Notes: generated by a model not told the origin, from the sequence alone. Positions 52,938-63,137 are shown, counted from the first letter of the stretch. The stretch is DNA of 64,000 nt from an uncultured delta proteobacterium (GCA_963724765.1 CAVRVY010000001.1:864001-928000), one strand, 5' to 3'. Numbers and translations are program-made.

Positions 52938-53803
52938 GACAGCGCCGTCTCAGCAGCCGGATCGTACGCCGTGCGACGGCCCGGCGCGCGGTCCCAGCGC
53001 AGCAGCGCGAGCACGCCGTTTCGATCTTCCGCCACCGCGGTGCAACTGCTCACCCAATCGCCGTCATTGATGTACCAGATGGATCCGATAAGACGCTGTT
53101 CGGGGCGATGAATGTGGCCGCATATAACACCGTCGGCCCGGTGGCGGCGCACGGTCTCGGACACCGCGCGATCGCTGAAATCGGTCAGGTATTCGACCGC
53201 CTTTTTCACCCCGCCTTTGAGATACGAGGAGAGCGGACCGTGGCGCTCGCGCCGCGGCTTGCCGTCGCCGTTGTACCAGCGGTCGATACGCATCGCGGTC
53301 AGATAGGCCTGGTTACCCATCCTGAGGAACCAGCGGTTGGGGTTGAGCGATCCGTCGAATTGATGGCCATGGATCACGAGCATCCGGCGTCCTTCGGCCG
53401 TCTGATGAATCAACTCGGTCAGGACGGGTATTGGGCCAAAAAGGGATTGAACGAGGTCGGCGCTGAACTCGTCATGGTTGCCAGGCAGAAACACGACGCG
53501 CGTGCCGCGCCGATACCACGCTGCTATCTCTTCGACCACCGCGGCTTGCGCCGGGCTCCAGTACCACGAGGGGCCGAGCACCCAGCCGTCGACGATATCA
53601 CCGACCAGGTAGAGGTTGTCGGCCTGATAATGACGCAGGAAGTCGTAGAGCGCCTCGGCCTTGCAGCGCGGGGTGCCGAGATGCAGATCGGAAATCCAGA
53701 TCGAGCGATAATAGTTGCTTGTCGCCCCCGGCGGCGCGGCGGCGCGGGTGAGCCACTCGGCCCACCCTGACGATGAGAAGCGGTCTAGCCCGACCCCTTC
53801 CAT
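52934..53803 (-). CDS. LpxH2/PlcP-like calcineurin-type metallophosphoesterase
   Basis: YRSIWISDLHLGT, LYLVGDIVDGW, PGNHDE, IHGHQFDG, DGVICGHIH, Y.NDGDWV.SCTA..E. Confidence 0.88.
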   Translation of the reverse strand: MEGVGLDRFSSSGWAEWLTRAAAPPGATSNYYRSIWISDLHLGTPRCKAEALYDFLRHYQADNLYLVGDIVDGWVLGPSWYWSPAQAAVVEEIAAWYRRGTRVVFLPGNHDEFSADLVQSLFGPIPVLTELIHQTAEGRRMLVIHGHQFDGSLNPNRWFLRMGNQAYLTAMRIDRWYNGDGKPRRERHGPLSSYLKGGVKKAVEYLTDFSDRAVSETVRRHRADGVICGHIHRPEQRLIGSIWYINDGDWVSSCTAVAEDRNGVLALLRWDRAPGRRTAYDPAAETALS

Positions 53804-53881
53804 CGGGGATCCGCCTCAAGCGTAGATTGACTCTGGAAGTACACATTATCGTAAGTATGGGATCGAAGAGACGAAATCGAT

Positions 53882-53928
53882 AGTATATCTTGACGATCTG
53901 AATAAGAGATTATTATGTGGATATTAAG
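53882..53928 (-). promoter_or_regulatory. Candidate activator-dependent promoter: 11-bp periodic repeats plus -10 TATACT
   Basis: Minus strand CTTAATATCCA-CATAATAATCT-CTTATTCAGAT-CGTCAAGATAT, with TATACT at 53887-53882. Confidence 0.35.
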
Positions 53929-53983
53929 CGAACGATCGCGTTGAATCGATTCCAGGGTTCCATTAACAAGTTACCAAAAGAGA

Positions 53984-54070
53984 GTCATCCTGAGCGAAGC
54001 GAGTCCGCGAGCGGAGTAGAAGATTCGCGCGCGGCATTTGTTTAGGGCTCAGCCCGCCGCTTGGAATGAC
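53984..54070. repeat. REP-like element, copy C
   Basis: GTCATCCTGAGCGAAGCGAGTCCGCGAGCGGAGTAGAAGATTCGCGCG...CCGCTTGGAATGAC (degenerate right arm). Confidence 0.7.
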
Positions 54071-54104
54071 GGCTTGGGCATTTGTTCTTGCATGAGGTTG
54101 CGCT

Positions 54105-54674
54105 TCAGCGGACGACAAGGATTTTATCGACCCACGCCGCGAAGGCTTCCATGAAGCTTTTCAAAAACTTTCGTGTGCCTTCGTTCGTGATATTTCCGTC
54201 CTTGTCGAACAGTGCCGCGGCGCCTCCGATGTAAGCCTCCGGCTGCGGCATCGCGGGCACGTTCAGAAACACAAACGATTGGCGCAGGTGATGATTGGCG
54301 CCGAAACCGCCGATCGCACCCGGCGAGACGCTGACCACGCCCCCCGGCTTTCCATCCCAAGCGCTATGTCCGTAGGGGCGCGAGCCTACATCGAGCGCAT
54401 TTTTCAGCACCCCCGGAACCGACCGATTGTATTCGGGCGTCACGAACAGGACCGCGTCGGCCGCCTTGACCTTCGCGCGAAACGCCACCCACTCGGGACG
54501 CGGGGCACCATTATCGTCGTCGTCCTGGTTATAGAGAGGGAGCTGTCCAATCTCGACAATTTCGAGTTGAAGCTCCGCGGGCGCAAGTGCCGCCAGTACT
54601 TTGGCAGTCATGCGGTTGAACGACCCTTTGCGCAGGCTGCCAACGAATACGGCCACTGTTCGTGTGTTGCGCAT
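54105..54674 (-). CDS. NAD(P)H-dependent FMN reductase / chromate reductase (ChrR-like)
   Basis: VGSLRKGSFN, TPEYNRSVPGVLKNALDVGSRPYG, GGFGANHHLRQ. Confidence 0.92.
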   Translation of the reverse strand: MRNTRTVAVFVGSLRKGSFNRMTAKVLAALAPAELQLEIVEIGQLPLYNQDDDDNGAPRPEWVAFRAKVKAADAVLFVTPEYNRSVPGVLKNALDVGSRPYGHSAWDGKPGGVVSVSPGAIGGFGANHHLRQSFVFLNVPAMPQPEAYIGGAAALFDKDGNITNEGTRKFLKSFMEAFAAWVDKILVVR

Positions 54675-54867
54675 TGCGCATTCTCCCTGGTCGATTTTGC
54701 GAAACGGTTGATGGGGCCCGGCGGCGCGGGATCCACAGCAACAGCGCTAGCATGCTATTTCGGTCTTGCGCCACCGTGAGGCGCCCGCTGATCCCGAATC
54801 TTGGAATTTCGCGATTAAGTGTTACCGTGGCTCAAGGGACAGCATAAATCGAAAGGCGGCATATCCG

Positions 54868-55974
54868 ATGAAAAGCATCAAGCTGAACTATGGCGTTCGA
54901 TGCGCCGCGGAATCTGCAAAGGGCCACAATCGCTGGCATTGCGATATCGCCCCCGCCCTGGAAGTCGAGCCGGGCGAGGAGGTCGAGCTCGAGACCAGGG
55001 ACGCGCTCGACGGCCAGGTCACCGCGGCGACCGCCGCCGCCGACTTGCTCAAGCTGGACATGAGCGTGGTGCATCCGCTCACCGGGCCGGTGTTCGTGAA
55101 AGGGGCGGAGCCGGGCGACCTGCTCGAAGTGGATATCCGCGAGCTCAAGCCCGCGAACTGGGGTTTCACGATTCAGACGCCGGGTTTCGGGTTTCTGCGC
55201 GATGAATTTCCCGACCCTTTCATCGTGAAGTGGCGAATCGCCGAGGGCTGGGCCACTTCGCCCGACCTTCCCGGAGTGCGACTGCGCGACAGTTCGTTCA
55301 TGGGCACCATCGGCATCGCGCCGTCCGAGGATCTGCGGCGTGAGATTGTGCGGCGCGAAGAGGCCCTGCGCGAGCGCGGCGGCTTTGTGCTACCGCCGGA
55401 GGCGGCGGGCGCGGTGCCGGCGCGCGAGCCGATCGCGTCTGAGGGGCTGCGCACGATTCCGCCGCGCGAGAATGGCGGCAATCTCGACATCAAGCAATTG
55501 AGCGCAGGCGCGCGGCTGTTGCTGCCGGTGTTCGTGCCGGGCGCGCTGTTTTCGGTCGGCGACGCGCACTTTGCGCAAGGCGACGGCGAATCCTGCGGCA
55601 CCGCGGTCGAGATGTGTGCGTCGGTGGTGGTGAAGTTCGCGCTGCGCAAGGGCGAGGCGGCGCGCCACAAGATTCGCTTCCCGCGCTTCGAGCGCGACGA
55701 CTACTTTATGCCGCCCGAACTGGCGGCACCCAAGCGGCTTCTCGCTACCACCGGGATGTGCATCCGCGACGGCATCAACGAATCGGAAAATGCGACCATG
55801 GCGGCGCATCACGCTTTGATGAACATGATCGCGCTGCTGATGGAGCGCGGCTGGAGCCGCCAGCAGGCCTATGCGATTTGCAGCGTGGCAGTGGACTTGC
55901 GGCTGAGCGAAGTGGTCGACGTGCCCAACTTCGTGGTCTCGGCGCTGCTGCCGCTTGCGATCTTCGATAAATAG
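54868..55974 (+). CDS. Acetamidase/formamidase family protein
   Basis: HNRWH, HPLTGPV.V.GAEPGD, PPRENGGNLD, GDAHFAQGDGE.CGTAVE, VVDVPN. Confidence 0.92.
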   Translation: MKSIKLNYGVRCAAESAKGHNRWHCDIAPALEVEPGEEVELETRDALDGQVTAATAAADLLKLDMSVVHPLTGPVFVKGAEPGDLLEVDIRELKPANWGFTIQTPGFGFLRDEFPDPFIVKWRIAEGWATSPDLPGVRLRDSSFMGTIGIAPSEDLRREIVRREEALRERGGFVLPPEAAGAVPAREPIASEGLRTIPPRENGGNLDIKQLSAGARLLLPVFVPGALFSVGDAHFAQGDGESCGTAVEMCASVVVKFALRKGEAARHKIRFPRFERDDYFMPPELAAPKRLLATTGMCIRDGINESENATMAAHHALMNMIALLMERGWSRQQAYAICSVAVDLRLSEVVDVPNFVVSALLPLAIFDK

Positions 55975-55996
55975 CAGCGAAAGAAAGAGAGGCGCC

Positions 55997-56938
55997 GTGG
56001 AATATCGCAACATGGGAAAATCCGGGCTCAAGGTTTCCGCCGTGGGCCTCGGCTGCAACAATTTCGGAATGAAGTGCGATGCCGAACAGACGCGGGCGGT
56101 CGTGCATCGCGCGCTCGACGAAGGCGTCACGCTCTTCGACACCGCCGACATGTATGGCAACCGCGGCGGCTCGGAGGAGTTGCTGGGCAAGGCGCTTGGC
56201 CAGCGCCGGCGCGAGGTCGTCGTTGCGAGCAAGTTCGGGATGCTGATGGGCGACGGTCCATATCTCCACGGCGCATCGCGCCGCTACGTAATGGCCGCCG
56301 CCGAGGACAGTCTCCGGCGCCTGCACACGGATTACATCGACCTCTATCAGCTTCACACGCCCGATCCCGAAACGCCGCAGGAGGAGACGCTCGAGGCGCT
56401 GGCCGACCTGGTTCACGCCGGCAAAGTCCGTTACATCGGATGCAGCAACTTCGCCGCGTGGCAATTGGCCGAGGCGCTGGGGATCTCGCGCGCCCGCGGC
56501 CTTCCGGCCTACATCTCGGCGCAAAATGAATACAGCCTTCTCGACCGCCAGATCGAGCGCGAGCTGCTTCCGGCGTGCCGCCATTTCGGCGTCGGTATCC
56601 TGCCGTATTTTCCGTTGGCCAGCGGCTTTCTGACCGGCAAGTACCGGCGCGGCGTGAAGCCGCCCGCGGGCACGCGGATGGCGCTGTTGGAGCGGGCCGC
56701 GCAGCGGACGCTCACGGAGCCGAATTTCGACCTGCTGGAAAAGCTGGAGAACTTCGCGCGCGAGAGTGGCCATTCGCTGCTCGAACTCGCGGTCGGATGG
56801 CTGGTGTCGGAGCCGCAGAACTCAAGCGTGATTTGCGGCGCCACTACACCCGAGCAGGTGAGCCAGAACGTGAAGGCGGGAGAATGGAGGCTGAGCGCGC
56901 AAGAGCGCGAGGCGGTGGGCAAGCTGACGCATCGCTGA
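55997..56938 (+). CDS. Aldo/keto reductase
   Basis: GKSGLKVS.VGLGCNNFG, FDTADMYG, SLRRL.TDYIDLYQLH, GKVRYIGCSN. Confidence 0.93.
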   Translation: MEYRNMGKSGLKVSAVGLGCNNFGMKCDAEQTRAVVHRALDEGVTLFDTADMYGNRGGSEELLGKALGQRRREVVVASKFGMLMGDGPYLHGASRRYVMAAAEDSLRRLHTDYIDLYQLHTPDPETPQEETLEALADLVHAGKVRYIGCSNFAAWQLAEALGISRARGLPAYISAQNEYSLLDRQIERELLPACRHFGVGILPYFPLASGFLTGKYRRGVKPPAGTRMALLERAAQRTLTEPNFDLLEKLENFARESGHSLLELAVGWLVSEPQNSSVICGATTPEQVSQNVKAGEWRLSAQEREAVGKLTHR

Positions 56939-56996
56939 GCGCGCTGACGAGGGCGAGCCAGGGTCATGGCGCGGATCTGCGGGAGGCCGGCCGGAT

Positions 56997-57506
56997 TTAC
57001 AGGTCCAAGCGGGCGCGGATCGTATCGGCGATTTGCTCGGGCGTCTCCGAGATATCGACGACGATCGCATCCGCCGGTTCTTCCAGCGTATCGAATTGGC
57101 TCTGCAATAGCCGCTGATCGAAGAAATGGCCGGCGCGCTGAGCGAGGCGCCGCGCAATCAGCTCTCGCGATCCTTTCAGATATACCAGCTTGACCTTCAC
57201 CGTATCGACGATTAGCAAGTCCCGGTATGCCTGCTTAAGCGCCGAGCATGCGACCACCGCGGATCGGTTCGCGGCAAGGCATCGCTGCACGAGCTCCCTC
57301 ACCGCGTGCAGCCACGGCGCTCGATCTTTGTCGCTGAGCGCGATGCCGCGGCGCATCTTTTCGCGATTTTGCGGCGAGTGAAGATCGTCGGCATCGTGGA
57401 ACTCATATTCAAGGCGCGCGGCCAGGATGTGACCGACAGTAGTCTTCCCCGAACGCGCCACTCCGATAAGGATTATGACCATCGACGCCAGCGTGCTCGC
57501 GGACAT
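56997..57506 (-). CDS. gntK: Gluconokinase (GntK/IdnK family)
   Basis: GVARSGKTTVG P-loop, DADDLH...N..KM..G..L.D.DR.PWL, ACSALK..YRD, HFF...LL.SQF.TLE.P. Confidence 0.9.
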   Translation of the reverse strand: MSASTLASMVIILIGVARSGKTTVGHILAARLEYEFHDADDLHSPQNREKMRRGIALSDKDRAPWLHAVRELVQRCLAANRSAVVACSALKQAYRDLLIVDTVKVKLVYLKGSRELIARRLAQRAGHFFDQRLLQSQFDTLEEPADAIVVDISETPEQIADTIRARLDL

Positions 57507-57575
57507 CCATCAGAAACCGGCCAGGTTCAACGGATCCACGCCGGCATGGTGAAGGGCGTCGCCGTTCAGTTCAGA

Positions 57576-58238
57576 TTAGCGCACCCACGATTGCGGCGGC
57601 GGCAAGTAGGTTGTTACGCGCACCGGCACCTGCACGCGGTGTCCGTTACGCAGAACGTTAAAATAGACAATTTCGCCTGGTTGGACCTCGCGCATACAGT
57701 AGTAAAAATCCAGAAAGTTAGTAACGCGCGAGCCATCGACCCCGATTATCAGGTCGTAGCTCTCGCCGAGGGGAACAGACTCAATGATGGGCATTACCAT
57801 TGCCGCCGGCGGAAATGCCATCGTGGCCAGCATACCCACACCGCTTAGAATGTCTCGCGTGGGTTGGCGGAACGGATGCAGTCCTGCGTCCGCTCCCGGA
57901 CTTCCTGGCGCGATATCGACGACCAACAGTCCCTGGATTTCCTTCTCCACTTTGCGCCGTTCTATCCGCATGTCTACGCCGAAGAGCGAAATCTCTTCGT
58001 TCGCGTCCAGGTATTCCTGTAGTCCCGGGGGATCCGGTCGATTTCCATCCTGCTCCATCTGATAGGTTGCAACGTCGCCGCTGACCGGAGGCGGCGGCGC
58101 ATACACGCTCTCCACTTGAGAGGCCGGCGTCGACGAAATTTCAGCGGTCTCCGCCGCGAAAGAACGCTCCGCATGCGTCGCTCCGAGGAACAGGCTCGCT
58201 ACACATAGAAGCAGGCTGATCGGGTTCGATCTTCGCAT
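57576..58238 (-). CDS. Secreted PDZ-domain protein
   Basis: Signal peptide; GLLVVDIAPGSPG..AGL, DLIIGVDG.RV, PGE.V...VLRNG. Confidence 0.75.
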   Translation of the reverse strand: MRRSNPISLLLCVASLFLGATHAERSFAAETAEISSTPASQVESVYAPPPPVSGDVATYQMEQDGNRPDPPGLQEYLDANEEISLFGVDMRIERRKVEKEIQGLLVVDIAPGSPGADAGLHPFRQPTRDILSGVGMLATMAFPPAAMVMPIIESVPLGESYDLIIGVDGSRVTNFLDFYYCMREVQPGEIVYFNVLRNGHRVQVPVRVTTYLPPPQSWVR

Positions 58239-58660
58239 CTGACTGGAACCTGCCGGTCGTTCGCTTAAACAACGAGCAAACGGAAAGCCATCAAATCACG
58301 TCAGTACGCGTAATGCCACAGCCGAAATCTCGCACTCCAGCCTGCGCATCGACAGTGCCAGCCGGCAGCCACGAGCGGGTCATCGCCATGGCCGATGAAT
58401 TTAAATTAAAGGCGCAGCGAATGCGGCGAATAAAAGTAGAGGCGTCCTTCCTGCGCACGAGGCATGCTTGCCGAGCCGTCCTCATGCGCCGTTGTGTAGA
58501 ATACGCCGCGCTCGGCGGCTAGCTGCTTACCCAGCCTGTGCTAACCGCATTTGTGGTCTCCCAGAGAACATTTCAAAGAGGTTCGACGAACGTCACTAAG
58601 CCTGGAGCCATCAGCCCTCCGGCTATGCGAGGTAGAATACCTGCTCAGACCGTTCGTGTC

Positions 58661-59554
58661 TTAGTCTGTTTCTATTGGCAGCGAGTGATCTTTCGCCCAT
58701 TCGCCCATCGATCCGTCGTACAGCGTAATGCGGTCATGCCCGAGTTGATACAACATAAACAAATCAACTGTCGCTGAAATGCCGCCCCCATAGTAGCAGA
58801 TTACGCCCTTGGATTTGTTAATTCCGGCCGCTTCGAAGGCTGCCCGCGCCTGCGCCAGAGATACAAACGCTTTCGTTTTGGAATCGAGTAAAGTCCCTGC
58901 GTATACATTCACACTGCCCGGAACGCGGCCCGGACGACCATAGCGGCTGGGAGCCTTGCCGCTATGCATCTCCGGCGGCAACGCGTTTACGATGACAGTG
59001 GCGGGATCGCCGAGCGCCGCCGACACTTGCTCCTTACCCACGAGCATCCCCGGGCGTGGGCGGCTGACGAATTCGGCCGGTGGATACGCGCACGGCTCGA
59101 TCGAAACCGGGCGGTTCTCGGCCCGCCATTTATCCCAACCTCCGTCCAAAACCGCTGCATGGTCGAAGCCGAACGCCCGCAGCATCCACCAGACTCGGGT
59201 CGCCCACATGATGCTGCCCGCGCTATATAGAACGACCCGCGCCGCTTCGCCCACACCATGATGCGACATGGCGGCTGCGAAATGGTCCGCCGAAGGCATC
59301 GCAAACCGCAGCTTCGTGGTGTTGTCTGAGAGCGCTCCCTGGATATCGAGGAATCCAGCGCCCGGAATATGCCCCGCGTCATATTCCGCTCTTGCGCCGA
59401 CCACAAGATACGGCATATCGCTGCCCGGCTCGACAGGTTTTAAATGTGTCGTGCAATCGAAGATGCGCAAGCCGGGGTCGCCCAGATGAGCCTCGAGCCA
59501 ATCGGTCTGCACCAGACTCTCAGGGTCGCGATATTCGATTTTTTCGTCCGCCAT
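58661..59554 (-). CDS. Tandem-rhodanese sulfurtransferase (TST/MPST-like) with altered active-site loop
   Basis: YDAGHIPGA, RVWWML..FG, LDGG...W, GRVPGSVN, LYDGSMGEW. The loop reads ICYYGGGISAT where xxYCGGG is expected. Confidence 0.88.
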   Translation of the reverse strand: MADEKIEYRDPESLVQTDWLEAHLGDPGLRIFDCTTHLKPVEPGSDMPYLVVGARAEYDAGHIPGAGFLDIQGALSDNTTKLRFAMPSADHFAAAMSHHGVGEAARVVLYSAGSIMWATRVWWMLRAFGFDHAAVLDGGWDKWRAENRPVSIEPCAYPPAEFVSRPRPGMLVGKEQVSAALGDPATVIVNALPPEMHSGKAPSRYGRPGRVPGSVNVYAGTLLDSKTKAFVSLAQARAAFEAAGINKSKGVICYYGGGISATVDLFMLYQLGHDRITLYDGSMGEWAKDHSLPIETD

Positions 59555-59613
59555 GACCTGCTCCTCGGTGACTGTCGCTCTCTCAGACTATGCGAGTGAA
59601 TTGTACCGCAACG

Positions 59614-60591
59614 CTAGAACGAATATCTTTTGCCGACAACGGAGGGCTCGACCACGCTGTCTCCGAAAGCATTGGTAAGCGCTACGACAGCCCGCCAGCC
59701 AGTGCAGTGTCCGGCGGCGACGGTTCCCAGCTTGAACTCCGACAGCGCCCCAACGGTCTCGGGTATGATCTCTTCGTTGGCGCCGGCAAGATGAAAACCG
59801 CCCATCACCGCGTGGACTGGCGCTCCGTCGGCACAATCGCGGGCGTGTTTCAAGACGTTTACCACTCCAGCGTGAGAACATGCGGTGAATACTACGAGCC
59901 CCTTTTTTTCGACATTCACCATCAGGAATCGCTCGTCCAGGAGCAAGGGATCCGGTTGCCAACTTTCATCCTCGGACCTTTGATAATGCGCAGGCAGGCC
60001 GCGCTCGAATGGTGTCACGCGCGGGATTTCGCCACTCAAGTAGAACATGCCGTCAAGAAGGACACGGGATTCTCTGGTACAGTTGACGTCCGCGCCATGG
60101 GCGGTGAGGGCTTCGATGCTCGGAACATCTTTCATGGGCATGAATTCGCCACCAGGCGATCGGCGTGCCCTGGAGCGAAACATGCCAGGGTGGGCGTAGT
60201 ACGGGACTGACCGCCCGCCGTTGCGGGCGCGAACGAGGTCGAGCGCCTTCAGCATTCCTCCGGCATGGTCCCAGTGGCCATGGGAGAGCACGACGCTCTC
60301 AACCAGTCCCAGGTGAAGGCCGAGCCGGCCCGAGTTACGCTCGAACGCATATTCCTCCGGTCCACTGTCGAAAAGAATGCTGTGCTTCAAGTCTCCCCAG
60401 GTCGCCGTGATCAGCAGGGAAAGCCCGTGGCACGCACAACAAAGCGAGTCACCGGATAGTTCCTGCATCCCGTGCCGCTCCAGGTACGCGAACTCTGATT
60501 CTGCGTGGGCGGGAATGGAGGAAAGACTGTCAGTCGCATTGTCGACCAGAACCTGAATTTCCACGTTATCAACCAACGCCAGATTGCCCAT
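59614..60591 (-). CDS. MBL-fold metallohydrolase (7,8-dihydropterin-6-yl-methyl-RFA-P synthase-like subfamily)
   Basis: VLVDN, HGLSLLI, LFDSG, LSHGHWDHAGG, ACSHAGVVN, GGFHL, GHCTG. Confidence 0.85.
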   Translation of the reverse strand: MGNLALVDNVEIQVLVDNATDSLSSIPAHAESEFAYLERHGMQELSGDSLCCACHGLSLLITATWGDLKHSILFDSGPEEYAFERNSGRLGLHLGLVESVVLSHGHWDHAGGMLKALDLVRARNGGRSVPYYAHPGMFRSRARRSPGGEFMPMKDVPSIEALTAHGADVNCTRESRVLLDGMFYLSGEIPRVTPFERGLPAHYQRSEDESWQPDPLLLDERFLMVNVEKKGLVVFTACSHAGVVNVLKHARDCADGAPVHAVMGGFHLAGANEEIIPETVGALSEFKLGTVAAGHCTGWRAVVALTNAFGDSVVEPSVVGKRYSF

Positions 60592-60654
60592 CGAAACCTC
60601 TTCTCATGGAAGGTCGCAGGTCCATGGAACGGAACCGTTCGAACCAACCGGCTG

Positions 60655-61224
60655 TCATCCACGCCCGAGCGAGTAGAACTCATCGTTCGGCCGCATGTCG
60701 CTGACATTGGCCAGGCGATTCGACATGGCGAAGAATGCGGCTATCGCGGCGATGTCCCAGACGTCGTCCTGACTGAAACCGTGACTTTTGAGTCCCTCGA
60801 ACTCCTGCTCTCCGATCGCGAAGGGCGCGACCGCGACCTTCAACGCGAAGTCGAGCATCGTTTTCTGTCTTGGCGTGATATCCGCTTTGCGATAGTTGAC
60901 GGCCACCTGATCCGCGATCAACGGGTTTTTCGCCCTCACGCGCAGAATGGCGCCATGAGCGATCACGCAGTAGTGGCATTGATTGGCACCGCTGGTGGCG
61001 ACCACGATCATTTCGCGCTCGGCCTTGGTGAGGCCGCCAGCTTTGTCCATCAGCGTGTCGTGGTAAGCAAAGAAGGCGCGGAATTCATCCGGACGATGCG
61101 CCATGGCGAGGAACACGTTCGGAATGAATCCGGCCTTTGCCTGCACCTGCTCGATCCGGCTCCGGACATCGTCGGGCATCTCCTTCAGTGCAGGAACCGG
61201 AAACCGGCTGATAGGGTGACTCAT
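60655..61224 (-). CDS. Peroxidase-related AhpD/CMD-family protein
   Basis: GFIPNVF..MAHRPDEFRAFFAYHD.LM, EREMIVVATS..NQC.YCV.AHGA.LR, SNRLAN. Confidence 0.9.
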   Translation of the reverse strand: MSHPISRFPVPALKEMPDDVRSRIEQVQAKAGFIPNVFLAMAHRPDEFRAFFAYHDTLMDKAGGLTKAEREMIVVATSGANQCHYCVIAHGAILRVRAKNPLIADQVAVNYRKADITPRQKTMLDFALKVAVAPFAIGEQEFEGLKSHGFSQDDVWDIAAIAAFFAMSNRLANVSDMRPNDEFYSLGRG

Positions 61225-61248
61225 GAAATACCTCAATAGCGGCCGGGA

Positions 61249-61689
61249 TTATCTGGCCGCCTTCAGCGGATCTGCGAATTCAGTGGCAAAGTTGCAGGCC
61301 TTGAGCGCCTCGAGGCAGCAGGCGATGTCCTCGTCGATGGTGCCGCCGCTGACGCCGACGGCGCCGAGAAATTCGCCGTTTTCCACGATCGGCAAACCAC
61401 CGGCGACCATGCAGATGCGCGGATCGGTATGCTGTAATCCATAACCCATCGCATCGGGCATCATCACCGCCCGCACCATCGCGGTGGGACGCTTGAACGC
61501 GATTGCCGTCCACGCCTTTTTGATTGCGATATCGACGTTGGCGATCCGGCCGCCCTCGGGCCGCTCCAGTCCCCGCAGATGGCCGCCGAAATCGACGATC
61601 GCCGTGGTGCTGGGCTTGCCACTTCGTTGAGCCTCGCGTCCGGATGCCTCGAGCATCCTGCGCACTTCTTCAAGCTTGATTTCACGCAT
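61249..61689 (-). CDS. GlcG/HbpS family heme-binding protein
   Basis: AIVD.GG.L....R, IA..KAWTA, GGLPI...G..LGAVGVSGG...ED..C. Confidence 0.88.
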   Translation of the reverse strand: MREIKLEEVRRMLEASGREAQRSGKPSTTAIVDFGGHLRGLERPEGGRIANVDIAIKKAWTAIAFKRPTAMVRAVMMPDAMGYGLQHTDPRICMVAGGLPIVENGEFLGAVGVSGGTIDEDIACCLEALKACNFATEFADPLKAAR

Positions 61690-61740
61690 CGCAGATCTCC
61701 ATTTTTCTCGAAAGCATTCGCGCGCGCGGCACCATGGTTC

Positions 61741-63137
61741 TCACAGGCCCAGAATTTGCGGGCTCATGATGCCGTTAGGATCGAGCGTCTTTTTCAGCCT
61801 GGCAAGAGTGGTGTGATAGCGCCCGAACTGATCCATCATTGGCGCCCAGACCCGCCCCGACTTGTAGGGCACGCATCCGACAGACAGCAGATCGCGGCAG
61901 CACCGTTCGGAGGCCACTCGAATCTCGTCCCACTGCTCGCGCTCATCGTAAAAGACAATAACGGCGCCGTGTACGCCGCGTCGACAAAGCACCAGGCCCC
62001 CGGCCCAGATGAATTGAGGATAAGCCCGGCGGTTGCGCTCGATCATACTGAAAAAGCGCGGGATGTTCTCGTTCGCCATCGAGCACATCAGCAGCGCGCA
62101 CATCGAGCGGCCGAAATATCCGGCGTACGAGTACCAGAAACTGTTGTCGCGACGCAGTGTGGCGAAAAAGATTTCATCGAATATTGCGAACTCGCCGCCG
62201 CCAAAGCGGCCACTTTCGGCCACTATACGAGCGCGGTCGCGAGCCACTTCTTCGCGTGTGCCGCGGGCGTCCAGGGCGAGACAAAAGCGCGGCAGACTAC
62301 TTCGATCGAACTGCGGCCGCGCGGCCATCACCCGGGCTTCGATCGCCTTGTCTTCGTAGCCCGCGCCATACCAGAGATTGTGCGTCAGGTCTTTGATCTG
62401 CAGTGCGGAGATAAAGCGCGCGCCCGACTCATAGTCGGGAAAGCCTAAGGCGAAGGTCTCCTGATATTCGGGCTTGGGATGGACCCACAGCGCGATCCTG
62501 GTAATCACACCCAGGCATCCGTTGGCACCCAGGAACATCCCGGTCAGGTCAGGTCCCACCGCGTAGCGTGCGAAGAAACCCGCATCGGCCAGCGCCGCGC
62601 TGCCGGTGCGCATGAGCTCTCCGATGGGCAACACTACTTCCAGCCCCGCGACCTCGTCCCCCGTGCTCTGATAGCGTGGCGAGCCGGTTCCCAGGCCATG
62701 AGAGGCGATAGCGCCGCCCACTGTGCCAGCCGCGCCGGTGAGCGGCACCACGCCCAAGGTCAGTCCGCGCGGGCTCAGTTCCGCCAGCAGCGCGCCGTAG
62801 GTCACGCCCGGCTCGACCAGCACGAGTCCGCGATCTTCATCGATCTTAAGGACACGGTTGAGCGCCGACATATCGAGCACTATCGCGCCGTCGCAGGGAT
62901 TCGCGCCGCCGGCATAAGTCGATCCGGCAGCCGCACGTACAGCGGCACTTTGCGGCGATTGGCGGTGCTGACTGCGGCGACCACATCGTCCACGCTACGA
63001 GCGATAACCGCTGCTGCCGGATTGCCGCCAGGCGCGATCGAGGTGTCGCGCCGATAGCCAAGCAGGTCGACCTTGTCTTCGAGGACGGCCGCGCCGCCCT
63101 GGCCGGCGAGTTCCGTTCCCAGTTGGCTCAGTTTCAT
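61741..63137 (-). pseudogene. GlcD-like FAD-linked oxidase with a single frameshift near 62931
   Basis: The N-terminal ORF 62880..63137 (PAAAVIARSVDDV...VPLYVR) continues in another frame as AAGSTYAGGANPCDGAIVLDMSALNRVL into 61741..62880 (VEPGV, TVGG, GLEVVLP.G, G.LGVIT, LDPNGIM). A sequencing indel is possible. Confidence 0.75.

Noticed and set aside
58291-58777. Short ORFs between the PDZ and rhodanese genes
   Set aside because: No clear RBS or motifs; may mark an island boundary, but no att site, inverted repeat or transposase remnant is visible.
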